Positions 1-9,803 of a stretch of 64,000 nt of DNA are shown here, piece by piece. Every line of letters starts with the position of its first letter. Within the stretch, counting starts at the first letter, position 1. Under the pieces are notes generated by a model. It was not told the DNA's origin, made no database searches, and was given only the letters and a program-made list of their open reading frames with translations. The DNA comes from Diplonema japonicum. Lineage: Eukaryota; Protista; Euglenozoa: Diplonemea. Location of the stretch: contig OZ025653.1 in the NCBI GenBank assembly GCA_964019335.1, positions 186,001 through 250,000 on the forward strand. Reading direction: 5' to 3'. The position numbers and the translations under genes are program-made.

Positions 1-1102
1 CCTTCTGCATCCTGCAGCAACGTGCTAAATACTCCGTCGCATCCTTTGCCAGGTCATAGTGGACCACTGCAGTGACGGGAAGCTGCACTCGAGGAATAGA
101 GTCGGATGCTACTAAATATGGCTGATCGCCTGCAATGAACTTGTTTGTCAAAGCGCACCTTAGGTCATGTTCTAGCCCATCGTCGACATGTGCCACCTCA
201 AACCCAGCATCTTTCAACGCCTGCTGCACTTCATACAACGAGTCCTTGCAATAAATCACCGCACGCTCGCATTTCTCTTGTAACAGATGCAACAGAGCTT
301 CGTTCTTGTCTTCGGCCTGCACGTAGAAGTGAGCCACTTTCTCTGAGGGCTTTCCAGAGAAGCACGAGATTTTCTGAACCTTGGCTAGTTTCTTCATCAT
401 TGTTTTGTTGTGCACTGCCCTTGCAAGGCCTTGGTCCGAGGCGAAGAGATTGACACCTTTGTAGTTACGACCTTCGAGAGTGGCGGTGATGTGTGTTGTC
501 GTTCCGACGCCGATTCTTACTTTGGAGTTCAGCGGCTTGGAGTTCGTCATGACAATCTCACGATCTGTGAGGGTACCAGCGGAGGCCTCTTTGAGGAAGG
601 CGATGGCCTCATCACATGCACCTTTGGTACCGACGAGTAGGAGGCACAGCGTCCCAGGGTGTGTCATGACGTAGTTCACAATTCCGATGTACATTGTAGT
701 GGTCTTCCCACTGAATGCGGCATCTGTAATGTCAATGGACACCCCGTTCATGACCTTCTCCAGCTGTGTCTGCTGCCTTAGGTAAGGCTTCTCCAATCCC
801 ATCGACATTAACGAATTCCCAACAGTCGCGTTCAGCCCGATGGAGTTGAAGAAAAACGGCGACCACTCAACCGTCATCTCCGCCCCCTTCGCAGCTTTCC
901 CTGTTCCCTTCGTGATGGGCTTCATGTCTACCCCGACCTCCCGTGCCATCTTATGTGCCTCTACGAATTCATGAGCGGCAGCATCGTTGTGCCTCCTCTT
1001 TTTTGCCCCCCCGGTTTTCCTTTCCGTCCGCTGTTCTTCTAACTTCTCAGGTAGCTCGTCGAACCGTTCCCACTTCACTCTTCCCGTGCGCCATGACACC
1101 AT
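1..1102 (-). CDS. Degenerate (probably catalytically inactive) DEAD-box RNA helicase-like protein, 3' end outside window
   Basis: Manual translation from ATG at 1102 (MVSWRTGRVKWERF...) is open to base 1. It is absent from the ORF track because it has no stop in the window. Helicase motifs occur in the expected order: Q-motif FNSIGL..SLMSMGLEKPYLRQ, motif I AAFSGKTT, Ia LLLVGTKGAC, Ib-like IGVGTTTH, II replaced by LFASDQ, IV RAVIYC, V YLVASDSIPR, VVHYDL, VI EYLARCCRMQK. Confidence 0.75.
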   Translation of the reverse strand, partial: MVSWRTGRVKWERFDELPEKLEEQRTERKTGGAKKRRHNDAAAHEFVEAHKMAREVGVDMKPITKGTGKAAKGAEMTVEWSPFFFNSIGLNATVGNSLMSMGLEKPYLRQQTQLEKVMNGVSIDITDAAFSGKTTTMYIGIVNYVMTHPGTLCLLLVGTKGACDEAIAFLKEASAGTLTDREIVMTNSKPLNSKVRIGVGTTTHITATLEGRNYKGVNLFASDQGLARAVHNKTMMKKLAKVQKISCFSGKPSEKVAHFYVQAEDKNEALLHLLQEKCERAVIYCKDSLYEVQQALKDAGFEVAHVDDGLEHDLRCALTNKFIAGDQPYLVASDSIPRVQLPVTAVVHYDLAKDATEYLARCCRMQK

Positions 1103-1224
1103 TCCTTGCACTGCCTCCAATCCTGATGAGTTTATTAAGCTGGTTTGAAAAAAGAAATTGAGGGTGGGGGTAGGCCTAGTTATGAAATGAAAGGTAAACG
1201 CCTTGGAAAAGACCTAACTGCATC

Positions 1225-4200
1225 TTATATGGTTGTCACGGATTGCACGCTCATGGATCCCAAACTGTGACACCTCTTGTTTGCCGCCACTACTCTGATC
1301 CCTTGCTGCACTTCCACGGGGTGCTCTACAATGCGCAATGCGTAATTGAGAACCGTGTCGTTGCCTCGTGCCTCGCACAACAGCCGCAGCGCGTCTGCAC
1401 TGTCGGTGGACCATGCGGTGCAAATGGCCTTCTTGCCTTCTGACCAATGTATGTCTGTCTCGCTTGGCTCAGGTGGTGGGAAATCCCACTTCCTACCAGA
1501 GGGGCTGAACTTGTACTGGAATATCTTCACCATTGTGCCGGCTTCGACACGCCACCGTGCCACAAGCCTGATATGCTCCTTCAAGCTCCCCTCCGACGCC
1601 TGGCTGGGGATGTCTGTCTCTGCGATCAAGACAAGACAACCGATCTTCTCGGCAAGCAACGCAACATTTTTGCACAGGGAAACACACCACCCCATTACAG
1701 TAAGGAACTTTCTCTTGTCACCGACATTGCCCTCAAGGGAGAATCCTGTTGACATGCCCCACGTCACGTATTCCTCCATGCTGCGCGTATGGACTTCGTG
1801 GAAGAAGGCTGTGCAGCACCTGTGATTGATGTAAGAAGAAATGTGCACACCTGAGTGAGTTTAACACGTGCTGTGTACAGGGCTTCCCTACGTTCCATGA
1901 CAGGAGCGTGCTGTTCCCGCATGTGTACATGACAAGGCCCTGTGTCCTGTCGAGCACGTCATCCAAAGCAGACAGCAAACTGTTTACCATTCTGGAGATG
2001 GTTCTTGCCTCGTTCATCATAGCAAGCCTAAAATGAAGCAATGCAACGCTCCCGAGTACTTCTCTCAGCAGTGTCTTCCCCTTTATGCTATCTTTCCGCA
2101 ATTTCCGAATCGACGCCGAGGCGGAAAGCGACGAGCTGGCCCTCCTCTTCATCGCAGGGTTCTGTACTTGATGATGCAGACCGCGGGCATACCTTCTTGA
2201 AGGACAGTGTGCTCCTGCCTGGGATGCTGGAGGGGAGGACCATCCACAGCTGCACATCCCCGACAACGCCCTTCAGTGTCTTCATGCCCTGGTTCACGAG
2301 GATGACCTTCGGGTCATTCGTGTTGATCTGTTCGTAGACAGATGCCGACACACCAATTGCACCACCTATGGACGCTGCCTCGATTCTTGCTGCTGAATTC
2401 ACCGTCTTCCCAAAGTAGTCAGTACGCCCTGTGGTGGTCATAGCATTGGCAGCGTACCTGTAACAGGATTCATCTCAGCGTCTGCTGGACCGTAATGCAC
2501 TCCCATCCTCACTCTGAAGCCGTTCCACACATATGCGCCTTTCGTCTTCTCGGGGGTGCAAGAAGGAACGGACAGCACTTCAGCCGGCCATTCACATCTC
2601 AACAAATCCTCCTGTGTTCTGCAGCAAAACGATATTGCTTGTTCACAAGTGTTGAAGGCAGCCATGAAGGCATCGCCGATCGTCTTCACCTCGTAGCCGT
2701 TAGCGGCGGTGATGTTCTTCCGCATCACTTCATTGTGCACTTTGAGGGCACGGCCCATAGCTGCGCCGCATGACTCCCACAAGGCGGTGGAGCCTTCGAT
2801 GTCAGTGAATACCAAAGCAACGTCGCCCTGTGGTGCTTGATTCCCCGCAGCAGCCTCATCTTCCTCCTCCATAACAAGGCACCCCTCCGGCATGTATGAG
2901 CGGTACTCACGCAACTTGTCGACCATCTGCATGAAAGACACTTGCATGCTGTTCACCTCAGATAACCTCGACTGCTCTTGCTCGTCGACCACCTCAAGTT
3001 CCATCGCTGTGCGTACTGTGAGTGCATACTGCATGCATACCTGCTACAGAAGCCATTTGTGCCTGCAACTTATTCAGCGGGTTTACACTCAAGTGTGCCA
3101 CGACAACCGAGAACACCATGAGGATGATGCACACGACACAGATGACCACCCACGCAGTCGTCCGCTCTTTCGTGAGGTTGTCATCTCTTCTCGTGTTCGA
3201 AGCGGCCACCTCAGCAAGGATGGCAGAGGACTCCTGGTCCAACGTCCCAAGCACTGTCTCGCGTGGCATTGCCATAACGAACCAGTACCGTAGGCCTGCG
3301 CCCTTGGTGAGGACAGACAAGCCCACCCAGTGCTCCCTGCTCCTCGTAGTGTTATCTGCATTAGACGGCCCAGTAATGTTGGAACTGTGTTCGTCAACTA
3401 TTTGCATCTTGAACGTCTTCTCCTCCCACTTGTTCTGGAAGAGGTACACAGAGCACTGCCGTACAACAAAATCCACTTCTGGGTCCCTCACGTCCACAGG
3501 ATCGTGGATACCATCGGGCTGAATACGGCGGTAAATCCCATGGCTAGTGCCGAGGAGGAAGCCTGCAAGTAGGTAAGGTGATCTGTGAAATGGGGCACAC
3601 CTATGTGAGTGTCTGAATCCTCCATCGCGTACACCCTTGCGTCTTGCGGTAGATCGAAATCTGAGAAGAAGGTGGCTAGCGACACAGACCGCGTGGCGAT
3701 CTCCACCATGTGGTTGGTCTTATAGATACGCAAGGGGAGGGACAGGGCTGGGGTACCGAGCCGTAGCCCTTGCCAAACAGTGGTGTTTATACTTTCAGCC
3801 CAGCCACTGAATCTTTGCGAGACGTCCGCAAAAACTATGTAGGGACAGAGCCCGTGCGGGAGGGGGTTGATGGTGCAGGGGGCATCGGGGTAGGAGCCGT
3901 CCCTGTTCGCAACGGAAATGTAGGTCATGTTGTTGATGAACTTCAACGTCAAGAGCTGTCCGGTTGTCTCATCGAAAAACCAGACTCTGATCTGTGATTT
4001 CTTTTTCTTTTTTTCCCCCTCCCCAAAAAAACAAAAAAAAGAAATTCAAATACAGTAAAAGGGTGCATCTTTACGTAGACGTACTCAGTGACGCCCATCT
4101 TGCTGTTAGCCTGCAGAGAAACATAGAAATACTGCGCCAGATCTGCATCGGAGACAGAGGAGCTGATCATGGCGTCAATGATACGCATGATGTACTCGGA

Positions 4201-4521
4201 GGTCGCGAAGAAGGTGCGTGCCTTGTTCATGACTACCAGCTTAAGTGAGACCATCAAGGAGTCTGCTAGCACAGATGTAGAATCGACACTCACGTCTAGT
4301 GCAGTGCGCAAGGACTTGTCGTTCGACTTCTTCCTGTCCTGTAGCGCATCATCGTGAGAAGATGTCATCAGAGTACCTGTGATGGCAACCGTCAGAACGA
4401 TCATTCCTATTGCGGTGGCCGAGAAGACATTACGTACTCCCACTGTCACCGGTTTCTCTTCTTCCTCAATATCCCAGACAGAGCTGGTTGGTGTTTGTAC
4501 ACTACCCTCAGCATCTGACAT
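1225..4521 (-). CDS. Receptor-type class III adenylate cyclase (2 TM, extracellular sensor, HAMP-like linker, active cyclase plus degenerate cyclase domain), ~1016 aa, 7 exons
   Basis: Seven ORF pieces are joined in frame by GT-AG introns 3992-4074, 3563-3600, 3007-3040, 2429-2457, 2162-2192, 1820-1850; the exon sum of 3051 nt is divisible by 3. Cyclase motifs: VFTDIEGST, GYEVKTIGDAFM, VRMGVHYG, DYFGKTVNSAARIE. TM segments at ATAIGMIVLTVAITG and WVVICVVCIILMVFSVVV. Confidence 0.9.
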
Positions 4522-4524
4522 TCC

Positions 4525-6300
4525 CCTTTTTTTCTTTTTTAGGTTTGATCTTGCTGAAGGGTAAGGCAAAGAATAAAAAAAAAAAAAGTAAAGTAAAATA
4601 GAACCAGATGAACACATAAAGAAAGATAATACGGACGAAAACAAGGGGGGGGGGTAAAAAGTTTTTTGGGGAAAAAAAAAGGCTATTTACAGTGCCACAT
4701 GATTTCTTGTTCTTTTTTTCCCTTCCTTTTTTCTTTCCACTTCTTTTTTCTTTTTTTTCTTCTCCTAATTCCCGAATTAAGATTCGCTTTAATAAAGGAG
4801 GGGGAGAGGGTGTGGGAGGGGGAGGGGGGTAGAACGAAGAAGAAATACGAAAAATAAAAAAAGAGGGAAGGGCACATTCCTTTTTTTGGTTCTTCGTGAG
4901 TTTTTTTTTTTTTTCTGCATGCACGCGGAAATAAATGGGGGGATGACACCACCGGACAGGTTAAAAATGCAAATGCAGGGGGAAAAAAAGCAAGCTTTTT
5001 TGGCAGACCGTCAGAAGAAAAAAATTCTACCTCTCGAGAAGAGGCACGGAATGTACCGGCGGCATCCTCAGTTCTTCGGGCAAATTCTTCCGCCAAAAAA
5101 AAAAAAAGAAAAACGGGGTACAGATTCTGACAGAAGGGAAATCAAAAAAAAAATAAATAAAGAAAAATAGCTTCTTACATTTATTGTCGCTTATTCTTTT
5201 TTTTTTTTTCTCTTTTCTTTCTTTTTTTCATTTTTCTTTTTTTTTTTTTTTACGGTAAAAGGAAAAACTACCGGAAGGAAAAAAAAAAAAAAAAAAAAAA
5301 TCATCCGGTGAATCGCTTTACAGTATTTTTTTTTTTTTTTTTTTTATATTTTCCTTCTTCCAAGAAAAAGGAAAAATGAGAAGAGGGGTGGGGCTATTAA
5401 AAAAAAAAAGAAACTATTGCCAATCGTATGCAGAGAACTATCAAAAGCACCTAGCGAAAGGGGGACAGTAAGAAGGGGGCTGTGCGTGCTGGCTATAACA
5501 TCACAAATGCGTTCTTGCAAAAAAAAGGGGGGGGTAAAAGGAGGGCAAAAAGAGAGCCGGCGGCCGAACTAAGATTGCAAGAAATTGAGCGGTGCATTCT
5601 TTTTTAATTTGATAGATATTTCGTTTTACAGCTTCTTTTTCTTTTTCCCTTTCTTTTAACTCCTAATAAACAGACATTTCTTCCTTTAATTCGTCAATAT
5701 AAAAAAAAAAAATTCACTATGATAGGAACGAAGTGGTTAGCAACGGCCCGCCAAAAAATAAGAAGGGGTAATTAGTATTTAAAAAAAAAAAAAGAAAGGA
5801 TGCAGAAAAGCTTCTTCCCTTGATTTATTTTTCTTTCTTTTATTTCCCTCCCTCCCCTTCGTTATAGGATACTGGAGCAGCACATTAGAAAAAAATAGTG
5901 GAAGAAATAACCATATTGCACAGAGTGCCGCCTCAAAAAAAAATTCTTAAGTTCAATACTTAACACTACTGCTTTTTTTTGGGGGGGGAGAATTTCTTCA
6001 CCTGCACCATTAAGGGACAGTCTTTCAAAAGAAAAAAATCGCCCCCCCTTCTTTTTTTCTTTCCCGTTAAATCCTGTTACCGTAAAATTCTCTAAAAAAA
6101 TGTCGAACTGACATCGGACGCGGAAGAAAGACTCGGACAGTCCACCTTTTTTTTCATTTCTTACAGCCTTTTATTCTTTTCCCTTCTTTTTTTTCTTCTT
6201 GACATGCCTGCCCACCAAAAAAAAAAACTTTTTTAGGGCAGTAGTAGTACTAAATATGAAAAAAAAACTATTTTTTTACAGAAAAAAAAAACTCAAAGTA
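4525..6300. repeat. Homopolymer-rich (poly-A/T, poly-G/C) low-complexity intergenic/UTR region
   Basis: Dense A, T, G and C runs; ORFs here translate only to poly-K/F. Confidence 0.8.
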
Positions 6301-6304
6301 CAGG

Positions 6305-6830
6305 ACAAGCCCCCCGCTAGAGGGCCGCCCTATGGGAGGGGGGGGTCTATATGTTAATACTCCCCTTCTGGAGCATTGCTTTCATTCCGATTGAGGCCGT
6401 GAGCGTCTTGCGGAGTCGTGTGATGCGGTCCCGCTTGTAGTCGGCTTTCAATTCCATTAGCTTGTCGTGCGTGGAGCGGGTGGCGAAAATAGGCCTCCTG
6501 GAGAAACCAATAGCTGCCTTTCCTCCAATGGCGATGAGGGACTTCACTCTTTTTCTCTCGTCCGCTGGGAAGGGGCGTCGCTTCTTCCGTGCCCTGCATG
6601 CTGTGTTTATCTTTACGATGAGAGATTTGATTCTGCGCGCCCTATCTTCCAGCAGGCCTCCCAAAGACTTTCCGGTCGTCCATTCGAAGTCAATGGCCAG
6701 TTCCACCGCCGACACCTCCGAGGTGGTGTCCTTCTCCACCCAGCGCAGTTGTGACAACCATTGTAGCAGCGGGTTCAGGTACTGGGACAGGACCCCGCTC
6801 ACTCCTTCGAGCTCGCCAGCTATCGGAACG
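6305..6830 (-). mobile_element. Possible 5'-truncated non-LTR retrotransposon remnant (C-terminal end of an RT-type ORF)
   Basis: GC-rich coding-like island with no upstream ATG (ORF 6347-6802 begins at GTG). It starts abruptly after a T12 run and encodes WLSQLRW...VSAVELAIDFEWTTG, which resembles C-terminal segments of protist LINE proteins as I recall them. A GC-rich stem-loop follows the stop. No RT core, poly-A tail or TSD seen. Confidence 0.35.
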
Positions 6831-6856
6831 GAAAAAAAAAAAACACCACATCAACG

Positions 6857-8824
6857 TCACACGGACACAGACCCTGCAAGTAGAACAGTGCCCCTTGATG
6901 AGACTCGCTTGTACCGAGGGGCACGCTTCGCCGCACTATCCGCAGACATAAGCGCTTCAATTGCAGTAAACTTACTCATAGAACTGGAAAGGAGAGGTGT
7001 CGAAGGGGTGAGTTCTGCTGCAGGGGACAATGGCGACACCCACTCTGCAGAGACCTCCTTGGGGTGGCCGCTTGAGGCATCATCATGCCGGATGAGGTAC
7101 GTGCCCTTCACGGGGTCGAGGATCCCAACAACGGTGCCCGGCCTTGATGGGCCGTTTCCCTTGTTCGTGGCCACCCTCTGCCCGATAAGGTACCCATCAT
7201 ACGCCTCCAGGGCATGCTCTGGCACTGTATCCACGAGCCCACTGGAGTGGTACTGTACGGTGTAGGTCTGTGTTGTAGCATTGAGGTGCGTTACCACTGC
7301 CGTCTCCACTGTCCCTGTCTCTGGGTTGTACGCTGTCACAATGTCACCCACAGCATGCTTCGGCCCCATGTTTGTTCCCAGCTTACTGTGGTGCACTTCG
7401 CGCACCCTCCCATCATCCCACTTCACACGGTAATACCCCTTTTTATCTTTTATCTTAACAACCGTCCCATGCACTGGCGTGCCTGTATAGGTAGCGACGA
7501 CCCTGTCCCCTGGGAGGAACCCGTTGTACAGGGCGATTTCGTTGTCTCGCACAACTTGCTGTTTGCCGTTGAGCCATGTCACGGTGAGGGGGTCTGTTTG
7601 CGTTACCTTCCCCGCCTTGCGTGCGCTTGTTGAGGCAACGACGTCACCGATATTGAACTGCGGCGCTGCTGTGATGATGATGGACGACGGCACTGCGTCC
7701 TTCATCAGGGCCACGCCGGGTGTTGTGCTGCCCTCACCAGGTGTGCCGTCGTAGCTTATTATGTAGGCACCCTCCTCGGGGAGGACACCCAATACAGTCC
7801 CTTTGCGTCCGGATGCTGTCTCAACCACACGGTCGCCCACCAGGAACCCGTTGTGTAGTTGGAGTGCGTGCTGCGGTACAGTGTTGAGGCCGTCTGAGTG
7901 GTACCGCACTGTGTACGTGAAGTTCCTGCCGTCTACTGTTTCAACAACGCCTGTTTCCACCCTTCCCGACTTGGGATTGTAAGCAGTCACCACGTCGCCT
8001 TCTTTGAACTCTTCCTTCGCTAGCTCCAGCTCGTCTTCTGGGATGCCCTCAAAGATGGCCCCGTCGGATTCGAACTTCACGACGTACCGCCCTGTGGCCT
8101 CGTCAGCCTGCGTCACCACCGCAACAAGGACTTGCTTTGTCGCGGGGTGCGTGCACAGCACAATGTCACCTACCTTAAACTTCATTGCCCTGGCGAGGTT
8201 TGCCTCCGGAACGCTCGCGACCTTATTCCCGTTGTCAGTGACTATGCCGTATGTGGCCCCATCCACCGATTCCACGGTTGCCCGTTCTCCATCATGTAGA
8301 ACCCTGTCGCCGACTTGGTACAAAGGTGGTGCTGCTGTCAGGTAGTCTTCCGGGTACGAATCAAGAACCATACTTCCGGAGTCCAGCTCGACAGTATAGG
8401 TGTTATCCGGGGAGAGAAGGGTGACAGTTCCCCTCTTGCCATCGCTAGTGAGGACACGATCGTTGAGTTGAAAAACATGCACACGGGGATGGAGGGGGTG
8501 CTGGCGGGGCTGGGGCGAAGGCTCAGGAGTACGCAGAATAGGAGCCTTTGCGATTTCATCACCGATGTCCCGCTGTGGGGCTGCCTTTGCCTTTCTGCGC
8601 CGAGCGTTCTTCGAGTACCAACAGTAGAGCAGCATGCCCACAATGAACAAAAACCCTACAATGACAGCGGCCACCACCTGCACAGACGCATCTTCACTGC
8701 TGTCCTCCTTAGGAGTCGGCGGTGGGGTCGGGAGAGGTGATGTCGGTGGTGTCGGTGTCGTGCTGTGGCATCCTTCCAGCACACACAACAGCAGTCCTAT
8801 CCAAGCACAGCGGGAGCCCTTCAT
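6857..8824 (-). CDS. Type I membrane protein with nine cytoplasmic Tudor/SH3/KOW-like beta-barrel repeats
   Basis: 655-aa ORF: signal peptide (MKGSRCAWIGLLLCVLEG), Pro/Thr stalk, TM (VVAAVIVGFLFIVGMLLYCWY), basic stop-transfer, then nine units of F/Y-x-V-G-D-x-V...G-T-V...Y-x-V...VPE..L. Confidence 0.85.
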   Translation of the reverse strand: MKGSRCAWIGLLLCVLEGCHSTTPTPPTSPLPTPPPTPKEDSSEDASVQVVAAVIVGFLFIVGMLLYCWYSKNARRRKAKAAPQRDIGDEIAKAPILRTPEPSPQPRQHPLHPRVHVFQLNDRVLTSDGKRGTVTLLSPDNTYTVELDSGSMVLDSYPEDYLTAAPPLYQVGDRVLHDGERATVESVDGATYGIVTDNGNKVASVPEANLARAMKFKVGDIVLCTHPATKQVLVAVVTQADEATGRYVVKFESDGAIFEGIPEDELELAKEEFKEGDVVTAYNPKSGRVETGVVETVDGRNFTYTVRYHSDGLNTVPQHALQLHNGFLVGDRVVETASGRKGTVLGVLPEEGAYIISYDGTPGEGSTTPGVALMKDAVPSSIIITAAPQFNIGDVVASTSARKAGKVTQTDPLTVTWLNGKQQVVRDNEIALYNGFLPGDRVVATYTGTPVHGTVVKIKDKKGYYRVKWDDGRVREVHHSKLGTNMGPKHAVGDIVTAYNPETGTVETAVVTHLNATTQTYTVQYHSSGLVDTVPEHALEAYDGYLIGQRVATNKGNGPSRPGTVVGILDPVKGTYLIRHDDASSGHPKEVSAEWVSPLSPAAELTPSTPLLSSSMSKFTAIEALMSADSAAKRAPRYKRVSSRGTVLLAGSVSV

Positions 8825-8998
8825 GATTCGTCATCTCAGTGCGGATCTAATTTGTGTCTCTCCTGTTTGAAATCGGGTTAAGGAATACAATCATAACAAA
8901 AATCAACTACAGCAGTAAGGGAAATACACAGAATGGGCCTTTTCTCTTTTTGCGATTCTTACCATTCATGTTCCCGTCCCTTGTCTGTATCTTCACAC

Positions 8999-9631
8999 TT
9001 AGCACCGCGCAAAAGCGAGACCATGGAAGAGGACGGCAACGAGGGCAAAGGCCGCACGCATATACGTGTCGAATTTTATAACGGCATAATTCGTGTAGAA
9101 ACCAAAAGAGAGAGCAACGACTCCAAGTACCGAGGAGGCTATCGCAAGGTAGAGGTGGAGGGGGCGGAGCATGGAACGCACACTAGGCGACAGGTTGAGC
9201 TTTGCTGGAAGCTGGTAGTACAGACTGAAGCCCAGAGTGGTCTGCAACAGCATGGCAATGCCGGCAGTGAAACCGACCTGCCCGTGCCATGATGTGAGGT
9301 GTGGCTTGTTCTTCAGTTCTTTCCCTCTGTAGATGATAGCGAACCCGACACCCACAAGTACAAAGCACAGGCTGAACACCCACATGTGGTTTTCAATCAG
9401 ATTTTTCCTTTCAACCAAGCCACGCGCCTTTGAGATCCTCCTCCCAATGCTCGTACCCTCCGCCATCAGTGCCATGTACCCTACAGTCATGCATATGGGG
9501 TGCCACTGGAACATATCCCCACTCCCCGCCCAGTACTCCCAGCAAAGATACACTACCACAACGGTGCACAGAGCCTGACGTGCGCGAAGCTTTTGTGAAT
9601 TGGTGGCCGTATCCTCGATCGGTAGGTCCAT
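8999..9631 (-). CDS. Cytochrome b561 family transmembrane protein (CYB561D-like)
   Basis: FQWHPICMTVGYMALMAEG, plus further heme-ligand His in ENHMW, PHLTSWHGQVG and RPLHLYL; about 6 TM helices. First ATG at 9631. Confidence 0.85.
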   Translation of the reverse strand: MDLPIEDTATNSQKLRARQALCTVVVVYLCWEYWAGSGDMFQWHPICMTVGYMALMAEGTSIGRRISKARGLVERKNLIENHMWVFSLCFVLVGVGFAIIYRGKELKNKPHLTSWHGQVGFTAGIAMLLQTTLGFSLYYQLPAKLNLSPSVRSMLRPLHLYLAIASSVLGVVALSFGFYTNYAVIKFDTYMRAAFALVAVLFHGLAFARC

Positions 9632-9803
9632 TTTCGTTTCTTCGTCCAGTTTTTGAGAAGCCAGCTGAATACTGAAAGAGGGTGGGGAATGTATTCTGGG
9701 GCAATTAAATTGTACTCGGCCAGTTTTGGATTCGAGTTTTGGGTGCAAGCCTTAAAACAAAAATATAATAACTACACTAGTATAAAGATCGCAGACACTT
9801 CAC

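Noticed and set aside
1225-4644. Frameshifted pseudogene, RNA editing or alternative genetic code to explain fragmented ORFs
   Set aside because: Every break examined is resolved by a canonical GT-AG intron that restores frame and conserved motifs.
6874-6914. Possible GTACAA...TTGCAG intron near the end of the Tudor-repeat gene
   Set aside because: Not needed to keep the frame, and the spliced continuation reads into a T-run; unresolved without cDNA.
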